IMG/VR virus record: IMGVR_UViG_3300038530_003085
Span: 32,001-96,000 of that record
DNA: 64,000 bases
Strand: one strand, 5' to 3'
DNA from: a virus
Taxonomy: Duplodnaviria > Caudoviricetes
Made by a program: the position numbers and the translations under genes. Below, in pieces: positions 15,919-26,102 of this stretch (position 1 is the first letter of the stretch; the number at the start of each line of letters is the position of its first letter). Below the pieces are notes generated by a model. It was not told the origin of the DNA. It worked only from the letters and a program-made list of their open reading frames with translations, and made no database searches.

Positions 15919-16593
15919 CTACCAACTACTAATTGCTACTCTTCGCCAAGTATCAGTAGCAATACAAATGTAAATATAATTTTGGTCATAACATATTTCG
16001 CCAGCTTCACCAAAAGTATTTGAGCTAGGAATTGTTCTTTGGCTTCTCAATCTGATAGTGTCGCCATCAATGTCAAGTATTTGGCTTGGTGACTTAGTAT
16101 TAATACCAACCTTATCATTAGCACCATCTACATAAATCATGTGAGTGTTGTTGTCAGACTCAACACGGAAATCCATCAGGGAAGTAGAGCCGTCATTAAT
16201 CACCACCTCTGGCGATGTAGACCCTTGAATATTTGAAGTGGCTCGTAACCTCAGCCCCTCTCTCAAAGTACCACCATCGCTAATCTCGAACACCATATGC
16301 TTATTGCTAGCTCGGTTCACAACCTTTAGGTTATCCGAATCATTGATAAATATTTCTGCCCGGTTCTGTCCACTCTCGGTAAACTTTATCTTAGGTTGTG
16401 TCCCATCAAGACTTAAAAGAGAATCAGGGGTTGTCGTTCCGATTCCAACATTAGAGCCGGAGACAACCAAAACAGCGGTTCCAGCAGCCTCAAGAGCGAT
16501 GTAATCGTCCTCAAAGTCAATCTCGGTGTTTGTGTCATCTTCAAATTGAAGATCTCCAACTTTGCGATTGCCTCTCGAATATTTGTATGTCAT
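15919..16593 (-). CDS. tail fibre/virion appendage-like protein
   Basis: VGIGTTTP and VGINTKSP repeats; C-terminal GEICYDQNYIYIC...WRR. Confidence 0.6.
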   Translation of the reverse strand: MTYKYSRGNRKVGDLQFEDDTNTEIDFEDDYIALEAAGTAVLVVSGSNVGIGTTTPDSLLSLDGTQPKIKFTESGQNRAEIFINDSDNLKVVNRASNKHMVFEISDGGTLREGLRLRATSNIQGSTSPEVVINDGSTSLMDFRVESDNNTHMIYVDGANDKVGINTKSPSQILDIDGDTIRLRSQRTIPSSNTFGEAGEICYDQNYIYICIATDTWRRVAISSW

Positions 16594-16603
16594 AACTTAA
16601 TTC

Positions 16604-17815
16604 CTATAAAGGATAATATACATCGGCTGCCATCGCCATATTAGCAATACCATCAAAAATGTGCGGCACGGCATAGTTTGGAGAGGTTGGACCTTGTAAA
16701 GAATCTGATATTTTTACCCAAGTTTCAGCATTGTCTGTACTCTTAAAAATGTTTCCACCTCTGGTGCCAACCAACCAAGTAGTGCCATCAGTAGCGGAAC
16801 AGCGGATTGGTTTGGAGTTTCCACCTGCAAATTGAATGGTGTCCAAATTTGATATTGAGGTTCCGTTTACATCAAGAATTGCAATTCTTGAGGCTTTGTT
16901 CACGTTACTGTAAGGTTGAATCATTACCCTTCCATTGTATGCTCGGATAAAATGGGGAACTGCACCCACATCAACAAATGTGCCGGCATTACCAGTAATT
17001 ACTGTTTCGCTACTCCAAGTAGTAAAGTCTGTGCCAGAACAAGTCCTAACATTGTAGTTTCCACCATTAATATATGAAACAATCCAAGTGTTATTTGATT
17101 TATTATAGCCGATACCCACCCCTCTTACCATAGTAAATGGGGTAGATTTTGTGAAGCTCGCACCATCATCGGTGCTCAGATAGAAGCCGTCATCGTGAAC
17201 AAAAGCCCAAGTTCCAGAACCGTTTGATGCAATTGTGTGGACATCTTCACTAGAATCCCCAGACGGCACTGCAATAGCTTGCCAATTTTGTCCGCCGTCT
17301 CTACTTCTATAAACAGCCTGATCATTACTTTGCTCGCCAACAGCCATCCAAGTTCCGGCGGCCGCTCCACCAGAGTCAGCACCCCAGACTACATCAAAAA
17401 TCTGTACTTGATTACTGTTGGAGCCGGTTACATCTACTAAAGTCCAAGGGTTTACATCTGCAGCACTTGGTGGAGTACCGGCGACGACTTCGACAGCAGA
17501 GCCCGACTGGATAGCAAATTCATTAGTGGTGTGACTTACTTGTGCTGCTATATAAATACCATTACCGCTGGCATCTTTACCATATCCTAATGCACGAATA
17601 CCACGGGCGGTACGACTTTCAACACCCCATATGTTGTAGCCTCCAAGCCAATCATGAGCAGAATTATTAGTTGTGGCGGCTGTTATGGTGTCATTAGACA
17701 AATAGTAAAACTTACCTTGATTATCGCCGCTTCGACCAGATGTTACAGACCATCGTGTTGCACCAGTGCTTGGCTCTGTGTAGTCAATAGTTGTCCCTCT
17801 AAATTTGTAAGTCAT
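16604..17815 (-). CDS. BNR/Asp-box beta-propeller protein, paralogue 1
   Basis: SRDGGQNW, STDDGASF, STDNAETW. Confidence 0.75.
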   Translation of the reverse strand: MTYKFRGTTIDYTEPSTGATRWSVTSGRSGDNQGKFYYLSNDTITAATTNNSAHDWLGGYNIWGVESRTARGIRALGYGKDASGNGIYIAAQVSHTTNEFAIQSGSAVEVVAGTPPSAADVNPWTLVDVTGSNSNQVQIFDVVWGADSGGAAAGTWMAVGEQSNDQAVYRSRDGGQNWQAIAVPSGDSSEDVHTIASNGSGTWAFVHDDGFYLSTDDGASFTKSTPFTMVRGVGIGYNKSNNTWIVSYINGGNYNVRTCSGTDFTTWSSETVITGNAGTFVDVGAVPHFIRAYNGRVMIQPYSNVNKASRIAILDVNGTSISNLDTIQFAGGNSKPIRCSATDGTTWLVGTRGGNIFKSTDNAETWVKISDSLQGPTSPNYAVPHIFDGIANMAMAADVYYPL

Positions 17816-17827
17816 AATTCATTTTCC

Positions 17828-18964
17828 TTAATCAAGTGGTAAGAATACATCTGCCGCAACACCGCCCATACCACCATTTCCAAAACCAGTTATACCATTG
17901 GAAAGTCTAATCCAGTTTGCTGTATTGTCCGTGCTGATCCAAGTGTCTCCATCTCTAGCAGTGATCATCCACACATTCCCATCGGTGAATCCACTACAGA
18001 ATGTATCGGTAGTGCCCGTTAGTTGTTGGGTATCCATATTCGAGATCGTAGTGCCGTTAACATCGCAAGTCGCAACTCTGGATTTCTTGGAAGTATCTGT
18101 TGCTGATACAAACATAACTTTTCCATCGTATGCGACGACTCTCACTCTTCTACCAAAACTTGTGCCGATGTCTGATGAATGTCCCTCTACGGCACCGCCG
18201 GTGCCAGTTAGTGCCGTCTCCGCGCTCCAAGTGGTAAAATCCGTCCCAGAGCAAGACCTTGCATTTAGGACACCGCCGTTAGTGTATGAGACTATCCAAG
18301 TGTTGTTTGATGCATTGTAAGCAATGCCATTGCCTCTGACCATTGTAAACGGTGTTGATTTTGTAAAGCTTGCACCATCATCAGTGCTGAGGTAAAAACC
18401 GTCGTCGTGAACGAATGCCCAAGTGCCTGAGCCGTTTGATGCGATTTGGGGAATGTACTCGCCCGTATCGCCATTTGGCACTGCTACGGCCGACCAGTTT
18501 ACTCCACCGTCAGTGCTTCTATACACACGTGAGTGAGCGCCTGTACCAACTGCCATCCAAACACCTGCGGTAGCGCCGCTAGAGTGGGCTGCCCAGAGCA
18601 CATCGACAATTACAGCGATACCTCCCGTAGTGCTGATATTGATAGTCGTCCAATTAGCAGTGCTGGTGACATCGGTGCCGCTGCGGGCAAGCTCTTTGTT
18701 TCCATCGTTCGCGGCTGCAATGTAAATACCATCGCCATTTGAGTCTTTTCCATAGCCCAGAGCGAAAACATTTTCTTCGCTGCCAAAAGGTGTATAACTA
18801 CCACTCCAGCTATTAACAGTGCCAGTACTATGTCCACTTACTGTATCGTTATCAAGATACCAAAATCTACCGCCGTTGCTACCGCCGCCAATTACAGACC
18901 ATCGTGTAGCCCCAGCGCTGGGCTCCGTATAATCAATTGTTGTTCCTCTGAACTTGTAAGTCAT
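17828..18964 (-). CDS. BNR/Asp-box beta-propeller protein, paralogue 2
   Basis: STDGGVNW, STDDGASF, STDNTANW; N-terminus almost identical to paralogue 1. Confidence 0.75.
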   Translation of the reverse strand: MTYKFRGTTIDYTEPSAGATRWSVIGGGSNGGRFWYLDNDTVSGHSTGTVNSWSGSYTPFGSEENVFALGYGKDSNGDGIYIAAANDGNKELARSGTDVTSTANWTTINISTTGGIAVIVDVLWAAHSSGATAGVWMAVGTGAHSRVYRSTDGGVNWSAVAVPNGDTGEYIPQIASNGSGTWAFVHDDGFYLSTDDGASFTKSTPFTMVRGNGIAYNASNNTWIVSYTNGGVLNARSCSGTDFTTWSAETALTGTGGAVEGHSSDIGTSFGRRVRVVAYDGKVMFVSATDTSKKSRVATCDVNGTTISNMDTQQLTGTTDTFCSGFTDGNVWMITARDGDTWISTDNTANWIRLSNGITGFGNGGMGGVAADVFLPLD

Positions 18965-18987
18965 TCTCACTATCTCCTTTGTGTATA

Positions 18988-19380
18988 TTAAATAGTTTGC
19001 TCTGTCTCAGATTCCGCAGAATTCTTAACTATTGAACCATCGGCTTTATGAACAATTTGTTCGCCATCTTCAAATGTAATAATTGTATTGTTTGTCGGAT
19101 GAGAACTAACGTGAATTTTAATAAAATCATCGAATGCATCAAAGAAAGCAATTGATCCCCTAGGGGCTGGCGTTAGCCAGTGTATAACCGTATGACCGGT
19201 GGCAAATGTTGCACCTTCTATCACAACACCTTCACCCGATATGCCTGTCTCGTCATTCTGCCGGCAGACTGTAAAGGTGCGGATGCCCTGCGGTGCTCGT
19301 TTAGATGGCTTCTTAGGTTTTAAATCTTCGGCTACGGTCGAAATCTCATCTTCGTCTCTGATTTCATCGGTGCTCATCAT
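18988..19380 (-). CDS. conserved phage hypothetical protein
   Basis: RTFTVCRQNDETGISGEGVVIEGATF...HW motif; start trimmed by GAGG RBS. Confidence 0.7.
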   Translation of the reverse strand: MMSTDEIRDEDEISTVAEDLKPKKPSKRAPQGIRTFTVCRQNDETGISGEGVVIEGATFATGHTVIHWLTPAPRGSIAFFDAFDDFIKIHVSSHPTNNTIITFEDGEQIVHKADGSIVKNSAESETEQTI

Positions 19381-19546
19381 TATCCTCAGTTGTGGTTTGT
19401 TTGGAAAGTTTTTCTGTATCAATCCTTTCATTTATCATTGCCTTAAATATTTTAATACTGTTTTGGATTTCATTAACCTTAGTGTCCAAACTCTCAAGCT
19501 TATCAATCATAGTTGTATAGAAACATGGTATCTTATTTTCCGACAT
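19364..19546 (-). CDS. small coiled-coil protein
   Basis: ORF track, overlaps neighbours. Confidence 0.55.
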   Translation of the reverse strand: MSENKIPCFYTTMIDKLESLDTKVNEIQNSIKIFKAMINERIDTEKLSKQTTTEDNDEHR

Positions 19547-20324
19547 TTGTTAATTCCTTTTTAGTAATCACAGACCAATCGACTTTGTATATAGGTACGA
19601 CAATCATTACATTTTCTAAAATCGCTGTTCCAAATTCGTTTTGTCCTACATCAATAGCCAGAATATAGCCCATTAATTTTCCTGATTGATCAAAAACACC
19701 AGAACCAGATGAGCCTGACCAAGCATACGATTGTATGTAAATTAGACCTTGAGAATCAAAACCCATTATATTACCAGCGACAGTCAGGGGACCAATTGAA
19801 TTTGGGTATCCTGTATATACAATTTTATTTAATAATGTTAATGACTTACTCCACCCATTATTGTTCTTTACGAAGTCTTTAGGATAAGTTAAAGGCTTTC
19901 TATTGGTTACATAATCCACCTCTAATATAGCATAATCGTTTTGCTTGTCAATGACAATTTCATCAAAGCAATCAAAAAGCTCGCCATCGGACTCAATTTG
20001 TATTGTTTCGCAACCACCAAGTAAGCCGTGTGAAGTAGTGATAACATAATTTGTATTATCATAAACAAAAAATGTTCCGCTAGAAGTGGATATCATACCG
20101 CCATCGATATCAAGCGACATCACTCTAACTGAACTGGTTCGTGATTTTTTAATTGATTTTACACTATTGACATTTCTAGCATCAGAAATTTTCGATATTG
20201 TACTTAAGTCACGAACTGGCAACTGATTACTAACATATTGTCCATATACAACAAGATGAGTTAAGAATGCAGCGATAGTAGCAATTACAAAACAACCTAA
20301 TACATTCTTTAACATACTACTCAT
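19533..20324 (-). CDS. membrane-anchored trypsin-like serine protease
   Basis: N-terminal hydrophobic helix; triad contexts TTSH, DYAIL, GSSGSGV. Confidence 0.8.
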   Translation of the reverse strand: MSSMLKNVLGCFVIATIAAFLTHLVVYGQYVSNQLPVRDLSTISKISDARNVNSVKSIKKSRTSSVRVMSLDIDGGMISTSSGTFFVYDNTNYVITTSHGLLGGCETIQIESDGELFDCFDEIVIDKQNDYAILEVDYVTNRKPLTYPKDFVKNNNGWSKSLTLLNKIVYTGYPNSIGPLTVAGNIMGFDSQGLIYIQSYAWSGSSGSGVFDQSGKLMGYILAIDVGQNEFGTAILENVMIVVPIYKVDWSVITKKELTNVGK

Positions 20325-20326
20325 AA

Positions 20327-23300
20327 TTAAACTTGCGCCTGATAACTAAAAAATACTGGCACTTCATCAAGACCAGATTTCTTAGCGAACCAAACAATAT
20401 CTTCATTGCCTGTTATTTTTGCACGACCATTTTTACCAATCGAGAAGTAAACAGGATTTTGTGCACCATATTCAATAAAGTTTTGATACATACCATCAAA
20501 TGCATCTTTAGGCGCTCTAAATTCCCTACCGATATATGGCAATAACTCCTCTACTGGTACCATAACATGATACGAACTGTCATTAGTATTCATTGGCCGG
20601 TCATAACCCATCACTCCGCCTTCAACCCAATCGTCGATGACTTGCTGAAGCATTTTGCGAGGCGTTGGCATAGGTGCAGCTTGAGGCATTCTAGCAAATC
20701 CAAGACCTGTCGCAACACCACCAAAATTTGATATACCACCACCAGTGGCGGCGCCTGCTCCATACTCTTTAAGAGTCTTAGGCTTATCTGCGAGTTCAGC
20801 CTTACCAATGCGAAGTATGCGAAGCCCTTTAATTTTCATAAGGCCCGGAATCAAAACATTTTTACGATATTCTTCTCTTGAAACACTGCCCAACAATTCA
20901 AACTTGATTTGATATGTTGCAACTTGACTTGTACCAACATCTCGGCTATCCCCGATTGCCCTGACAGTGGTAACACCTTCAATACCTCTAATCTCTGTTT
21001 GTGTTTGCTGTACTTCTCCACCAACATTTTTTTGTATTGATAGATCAGCCCTAATTGAATAAATTCTTAAATCATAGTTTGGATCTCTTTCATTCAGCAG
21101 CCTATCAATCCTGTTAATCTGATCCTCAACTGATTCGCTCATAGGCTTACCAGTCGCTCTGTGTTCTAATTTTCTCACAAGATAATCAAATCGCTTGGGC
21201 TTGCCATCTTCATCGATTGAAGTTATATCGGTGCTGAACATATTAAAGTTTCCGCGAGCCATTGGAACAAGGAATCTCGTAACCAATACATACCTTTCAT
21301 ACTCACTCATATTTGCATAGTTGCTCTCAAACCAATCCAACATCAACGGTCCTCGCTCCCGTATGAGTTCCGCAATTCGATTCGATAAAGGGATGAATGC
21401 ACCCGGGGCTCGGTCCAACACCATTTGCATTTGAGACTTCGATTTGTTAATGAGGGCTTGCACATCTTGATTACTCGTCACTCGACTTTTTCTTAGCTCA
21501 AGCTTCTTGATAAACTCGTCAACATAAAACTTGATTGTCTCGTTGGCTGCTTTGACAACCAGTTGTGGGTTCTCGTTCAAGTAGGAAGCGATGTCTTTAA
21601 TGACTCCCACTTCATCAGCACCTGACTTCGGACCAACTCGCATACGATACAGCCAAGCGATTCTAAATGTTGGAAACTCTTCAGGGCTGGATACATCGTA
21701 TTTAACCGATGGCAACACCACAAAGTCAGTGTCATCTGCGAGCAACTTAGCAGCCTCTTGAGGTTTTACATAATCTGGACCAAAGTCAAAATCTTGTTGT
21801 CCTTTTGCTTTTGTTGCCATTGCTTCTCTGACGGCATTGTTAAGTTTGGCGGCGAATGCATTCGCAATTGATGGATCCATAATGCCCTGCATATTTGCAT
21901 AGCCGTATCGTTTACCATACCCAAATATCTCTATCAAGATTTGCATAGGGTCTGATGTTCCGCCAACAACATTTCCTGTTCCCATAGCATACAAAAAAGT
22001 AGATGTTGGTAATTTTTGCGGGTAGTAATGGAGTGGCTGTCTATCGTCTGCGAGCCAATCAAACTCAAGACCGCCGCCCATATCTTTAACATGCCACTTG
22101 TCAAGATCAGTTAAGTTAATTAAGTCTTGCTTGTCTCTATCATATCTTGTCTTCTCGATGTAATCTTCTGCGGCGAGTGCTTGCCTGATAGTTTCGATAG
22201 ACTCAGGTGCGACATCACTTTCAAATTCAAGCATAGAGTCAGCCCAGTCATCATACTCTCTGACCTCGCCGTCTTCGTCAGCATAGGTTGTTTCATAATT
22301 CATTAATCGAACACGAAGGTGTGCAGTTGCTGGGTAACTTGGATCAAAGTCTTCGTCATCTGGCTGGGCTGCCACAAGCATTACTACGTCATATTCATAA
22401 TCGGCTTGGTCGCCGGGGAGTTCATTAGCCATATCGTCTAGCCCAATCTCAGACGCGAAGCGGGATCGTTCGGAATATGAACCACCGGGGATATCCTCAA
22501 GTTCTAGTGGCTCATCAGAATCAGGTCCAGCCATTGGTCTAAACATTCCGTCCCTGCTTTCAACACCGGGCCAACCGAGATTAATTGTAAACTCATAATC
22601 TGCGGACATATTCACATACACGGTGTCGCCGCCATCATAAGTTTCTGGTATATCATAACCTATGGATGCTCTTTCAAGTTCATCACGGTTATCGTAGAAT
22701 CTGTCATCTACATTCCGACAGTATTCTTCGGCTGCTTCGGCGGTCGCTTCCGGTCCTGCCGTGGTTCTGGCACCGGTCTGACTAGCCAAATATTGCACCA
22801 TCTCTCGAAGACCTTCTTCATCTTGCGAGTGTTGGCCAGTTTCACGGATCTCTTCTATGCCCATATTTTCAACAAACCAAACAATGTGATCCCAAGTTTC
22901 CTCTGGTGGTGCCAAGTTTTCTCTGCCTTTGATTTGGTAGATAACATTATCACCGGCTGCGATTGTCACATAAGATGATGGGTCTCTTCTTTTTGATTGT
23001 TGCTTGCGAAGCGAATACAAAGAACCTTCTGGTGTATCGCCACAGTGTCCCATACGACTTGCTTCTATTGAACAGTTGGATGTCTGCAAGTCATACCAAT
23101 ACGAGCCGTCATCAAACTCGTGTAAAACTTGCTCAGGGTTTTCTCTATCTAGGAAGTATTGCTGTGCGTAAGCGTTTGCTTCGCGGAGGCTGTCCTGATC
23201 TTTGATGAGTTCATAATTGGTCGGGTCATCATTAAGAAATGCGATCAATTGATCGTATCGATTCCACCACATATCAAAGTTATCTTGGTAGAAGTTGGCA

Positions 23301-23824
23301 AGGTATTCTTTTGTGCTCTCGACTTTTTCGCTTGGGATGCCTGCTTTGCTTAGTGCCTTGATGCCCTTCATAAATGCTTTCCGCCAAGTTCCCATTGGCT
23401 TACCGACTGCATTACGGAGATTGATAAGGACAAAACTAACTTGTTCAGATTGCTTGATTCTCTCGTCATCGTATGCCACTCGCGGAGCATTAGTGCCCTT
23501 GTTTATATCAAACGGCTCTACCGTTCTCGCCACAGGGTCAGCCATTCTTTTTGTAGGATCTTCTAACTGAACATAATCGCCATAATCATCGATCAACTTG
23601 GTGACCAATACATACTTTAAATTGTTTGGTGTAAAGGCGCCTCGCATAGAGCCAACTGATTTCTTCCAGTTGTTGCCAATGTACATCTTTGCTTTCTCGG
23701 ATGCATTTGGCATTGCCTCTTCAATCCGATCAATAACAAACTCAGGCAAACCGATGTCTCGTATGCCCTCCGTCAATACTTCTTCGCGAAGATACTCAAA
23801 CCAATTGCCTGTAGAAATATCCAT
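20327..23824 (-). CDS. large multidomain protein, probable virion/internal protein
   Basis: 1165 aa; PcfJ-like MGHC...YSLR...VTI...QIKGREN segment; weakly ParB-like C-terminus; upstream ACTATTTATA. Confidence 0.6.
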   Translation of the reverse strand: MDISTGNWFEYLREEVLTEGIRDIGLPEFVIDRIEEAMPNASEKAKMYIGNNWKKSVGSMRGAFTPNNLKYVLVTKLIDDYGDYVQLEDPTKRMADPVARTVEPFDINKGTNAPRVAYDDERIKQSEQVSFVLINLRNAVGKPMGTWRKAFMKGIKALSKAGIPSEKVESTKEYLANFYQDNFDMWWNRYDQLIAFLNDDPTNYELIKDQDSLREANAYAQQYFLDRENPEQVLHEFDDGSYWYDLQTSNCSIEASRMGHCGDTPEGSLYSLRKQQSKRRDPSSYVTIAAGDNVIYQIKGRENLAPPEETWDHIVWFVENMGIEEIRETGQHSQDEEGLREMVQYLASQTGARTTAGPEATAEAAEEYCRNVDDRFYDNRDELERASIGYDIPETYDGGDTVYVNMSADYEFTINLGWPGVESRDGMFRPMAGPDSDEPLELEDIPGGSYSERSRFASEIGLDDMANELPGDQADYEYDVVMLVAAQPDDEDFDPSYPATAHLRVRLMNYETTYADEDGEVREYDDWADSMLEFESDVAPESIETIRQALAAEDYIEKTRYDRDKQDLINLTDLDKWHVKDMGGGLEFDWLADDRQPLHYYPQKLPTSTFLYAMGTGNVVGGTSDPMQILIEIFGYGKRYGYANMQGIMDPSIANAFAAKLNNAVREAMATKAKGQQDFDFGPDYVKPQEAAKLLADDTDFVVLPSVKYDVSSPEEFPTFRIAWLYRMRVGPKSGADEVGVIKDIASYLNENPQLVVKAANETIKFYVDEFIKKLELRKSRVTSNQDVQALINKSKSQMQMVLDRAPGAFIPLSNRIAELIRERGPLMLDWFESNYANMSEYERYVLVTRFLVPMARGNFNMFSTDITSIDEDGKPKRFDYLVRKLEHRATGKPMSESVEDQINRIDRLLNERDPNYDLRIYSIRADLSIQKNVGGEVQQTQTEIRGIEGVTTVRAIGDSRDVGTSQVATYQIKFELLGSVSREEYRKNVLIPGLMKIKGLRILRIGKAELADKPKTLKEYGAGAATGGGISNFGGVATGLGFARMPQAAPMPTPRKMLQQVIDDWVEGGVMGYDRPMNTNDSSYHVMVPVEELLPYIGREFRAPKDAFDGMYQNFIEYGAQNPVYFSIGKNGRAKITGNEDIVWFAKKSGLDEVPVFFSYQAQV

Positions 23825-23867
23825 TTATTTTAACTCCAACAATATAAATAGTTGTTTTTGACAGTAT

Positions 23868-24626
23868 CTACGAAAAAGGCTCTGTCTTTAATAGTTCTGC
23901 TGTATCTTCCCAGGTTTCTACCTCATAAGCGGCGCCATTTCGATGCTGACGCAATACCTCAGCCAAGGAGTGGTCATTACCTGGGAAAGGAATTCTATCG
24001 CCTACAAAGTGAATCTGATTGTATTCCAAAGCCTCAACAAAAAAACGTGGAATAACCTGTGACTTATCATTGCCCTTATTAAAAATATCCATTGAGACGG
24101 CACCACCAATAACAAAGTCAAGTTCAGGATACTTTTTACGAAGTTTGTTAACTATTCTGGCCCTTTCTTTATTTTCAATATCGTACTTTTCGTAATCCAT
24201 TCGCTGCTTTTTGGTAGCGTTTCTGCCAACAATTGAAAAGTTAATCATACCAGTTCTCAAATCATGATGTTTCCCTGTCTTTGTGTGATAATTGGACTTT
24301 GCGACGTAAGAATTCAATGATCTATAAAGGTTTTTAGGTGCAATAAATTTATTTTCATAGACAATATCCCATTCGTGCATACCTGAATTATTAATTTGTT
24401 CACGTCTCTGATAAAAAACATTACCCATACAAGCGAATACACCCTGAGTAGAGTTAATAATATCAGTGCCAAGTTGATCAATTAGCCTTACAAATGAACC
24501 ACCGGATACGATATAAACCTCTTTGTCATCCATCCAATGCAAAAATGTTTTTTTAAATTTATCGTCTATCTTCGACTTAGCAGGTGTTAAAGTTCCGTCA
24601 ACGTCAAACAAATAAATACTACCCAT
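23868..24626 (-). CDS. HAD-IIB phosphomannomutase-like protein (eukaryotic PMM type)
   Basis: LFDVDGTLT, VSGGS, RTGMINFSIVGR, GGAVSMDIF, FVGD...GND. Confidence 0.85.
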   Translation of the reverse strand: MGSIYLFDVDGTLTPAKSKIDDKFKKTFLHWMDDKEVYIVSGGSFVRLIDQLGTDIINSTQGVFACMGNVFYQRREQINNSGMHEWDIVYENKFIAPKNLYRSLNSYVAKSNYHTKTGKHHDLRTGMINFSIVGRNATKKQRMDYEKYDIENKERARIVNKLRKKYPELDFVIGGAVSMDIFNKGNDKSQVIPRFFVEALEYNQIHFVGDRIPFPGNDHSLAEVLRQHRNGAAYEVETWEDTAELLKTEPFS

Positions 24627-24629
24627 ATC

Positions 24630-24980
24630 TCATCTCCAAAATAATTGCACTGCCACAATAAGTGCGGAAAGTAATACGCACACCATAGTTTTTAATGTGA
24701 ACATACTTTCATTTAGGTAATACCAAGTCAATATAGGAAATGTGAGGTAAGACATACAAAAAATCAAAAATCTAGGACCCCAGACTTCACCCCACTCTTC
24801 ATAACAAAGCTTGATACCGTACCAAAAACAGATACCTGTCGGTACAGAAAATAATACTGCGGCTAAAAGTGGCTTGTCTTTCCACCAGTCCCACACGAAT
24901 TGCGAGTTTAGCTGAAACCAGCCAAGTGTTTGGCCAAGTGCAAATAGGAAACACGCAAATAAAATATTAAAAGTTGGCAA
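24630..24980 (-). CDS. four-helix membrane protein (DMT/SMR-like)
   Basis: Four hydrophobic segments, YLNE before the last helix. Confidence 0.6.
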   Translation of the reverse strand: MPTFNILFACFLFALGQTLGWFQLNSQFVWDWWKDKPLLAAVLFSVPTGICFWYGIKLCYEEWGEVWGPRFLIFCMSYLTFPILTWYYLNESMFTLKTMVCVLLSALIVAVQLFWR

Positions 24981-25731
24981 TCAGAACCTCCTCAGCAAAC
25001 TTTGTTGCCTCTGTATTTCTACCCCATTTGTCAATAATTTTGACATTATAATCTTTGTACAAGTTTAGCGCTTGTTTGGAGTAATTGTATAATATAATAA
25101 CCTTTTTGTCCGTGTTGTCAATAAATTTTTTTAAATCTTTATGTATTACTCTGGTCTGCTCAAAACCAAGATTTTTACCATCTTCTAAAAAATTGAATGA
25201 AAAATTTCTGACCGGCAAAAAAACATAGTCACATCTATTTTGAATCTTGTTTATGGAATTAATAAAATTATCATCTTTGTCAAATACAACATGTAAATTT
25301 TCATTTTGATATGATTTAAGCTTAATCAGTTTTCTGCTAAAGTCCACATTATCTAATAGCTTACCAGAAGATACGTACCCCAAGTCAGAACTATGGTTCA
25401 ATAAATAAAACATAGCAGATCTAATAAATGGATCATGATATTTTGGCCACTCTTTCTGCAACACATCAAAAATATTTTCACTTTCTATGGGGCAGAAATG
25501 TTTTACAATCTCTGACAGTCTGTTAGCATCGTGCTGTAGGCACTCCCAAAACTCGTAGTTCACGTATTTATTGGTGTGAGCAACGACAAATCTTTTGTCT
25601 CCAGCCAACTGGGACTCTATATTCCCATCATACAATAGGAAAGAATGCACGACTGAGCCAACAGGTATTATTTTTTTTAGTGTTGAGAGCGATTTACTAT
25701 CACTAATCGGAGACTTCAGAGGATTGTTCAT
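24967..25731 (-). CDS. degenerate Dam (D12-class) methyltransferase-like protein
   Basis: RSAMFYLLN, DYVFL and ILYN layout, but no DPPY and no F-x-G-x-G. Confidence 0.5.
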   Translation of the reverse strand: MNNPLKSPISDSKSLSTLKKIIPVGSVVHSFLLYDGNIESQLAGDKRFVVAHTNKYVNYEFWECLQHDANRLSEIVKHFCPIESENIFDVLQKEWPKYHDPFIRSAMFYLLNHSSDLGYVSSGKLLDNVDFSRKLIKLKSYQNENLHVVFDKDDNFINSINKIQNRCDYVFLPVRNFSFNFLEDGKNLGFEQTRVIHKDLKKFIDNTDKKVIILYNYSKQALNLYKDYNVKIIDKWGRNTEATKFAEEVLIANF

Positions 25732-26101
25732 CGCTCATTCTCTCAGAAAATGCTTTAAGCTTTTGCTCAATATTATTAAACGTATCCGCATTCGGGGCGA
25801 ATGGATTAACTTGGTGCTCAGGTTCTTGTTGCACAGCCTGTCGAGGCTCCTCAACATTCATCCTAATATAGCCCGTCACGATCTTGGTTATGTCATCAAG
25901 GATATGATCGGCACGAGAGAGAGAAAGTCTCAGTTCATTAATCTGTTTTATGCCCTCGACAGAAATGACATCTGCGACAAGTTCATTGTATAATTCACCA
26001 GTGACTTCGTTTTCAGCGCCAAACTTTTCAACCAGCCTTTCAACCTCACTAGGTAACTCATCTAAATCAATTGAAAATTGTATATTTACTCTTTGTGACA
26101 C
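25703..26101 (-). CDS. hypothetical protein
   Basis: ORF track, GAGG RBS. Confidence 0.7.
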   Translation of the reverse strand: MSQRVNIQFSIDLDELPSEVERLVEKFGAENEVTGELYNELVADVISVEGIKQINELRLSLSRADHILDDITKIVTGYIRMNVEEPRQAVQQEPEHQVNPFAPNADTFNNIEQKLKAFSERMSDEQSSEVSD

Positions 26102-26102
26102 T

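Noticed and set aside
16604-18964. Diversity-generating retroelement template/variable repeat pair
   Set aside because: Differences in the shared block are synonymous and not adenine-specific; no reverse transcriptase seen.
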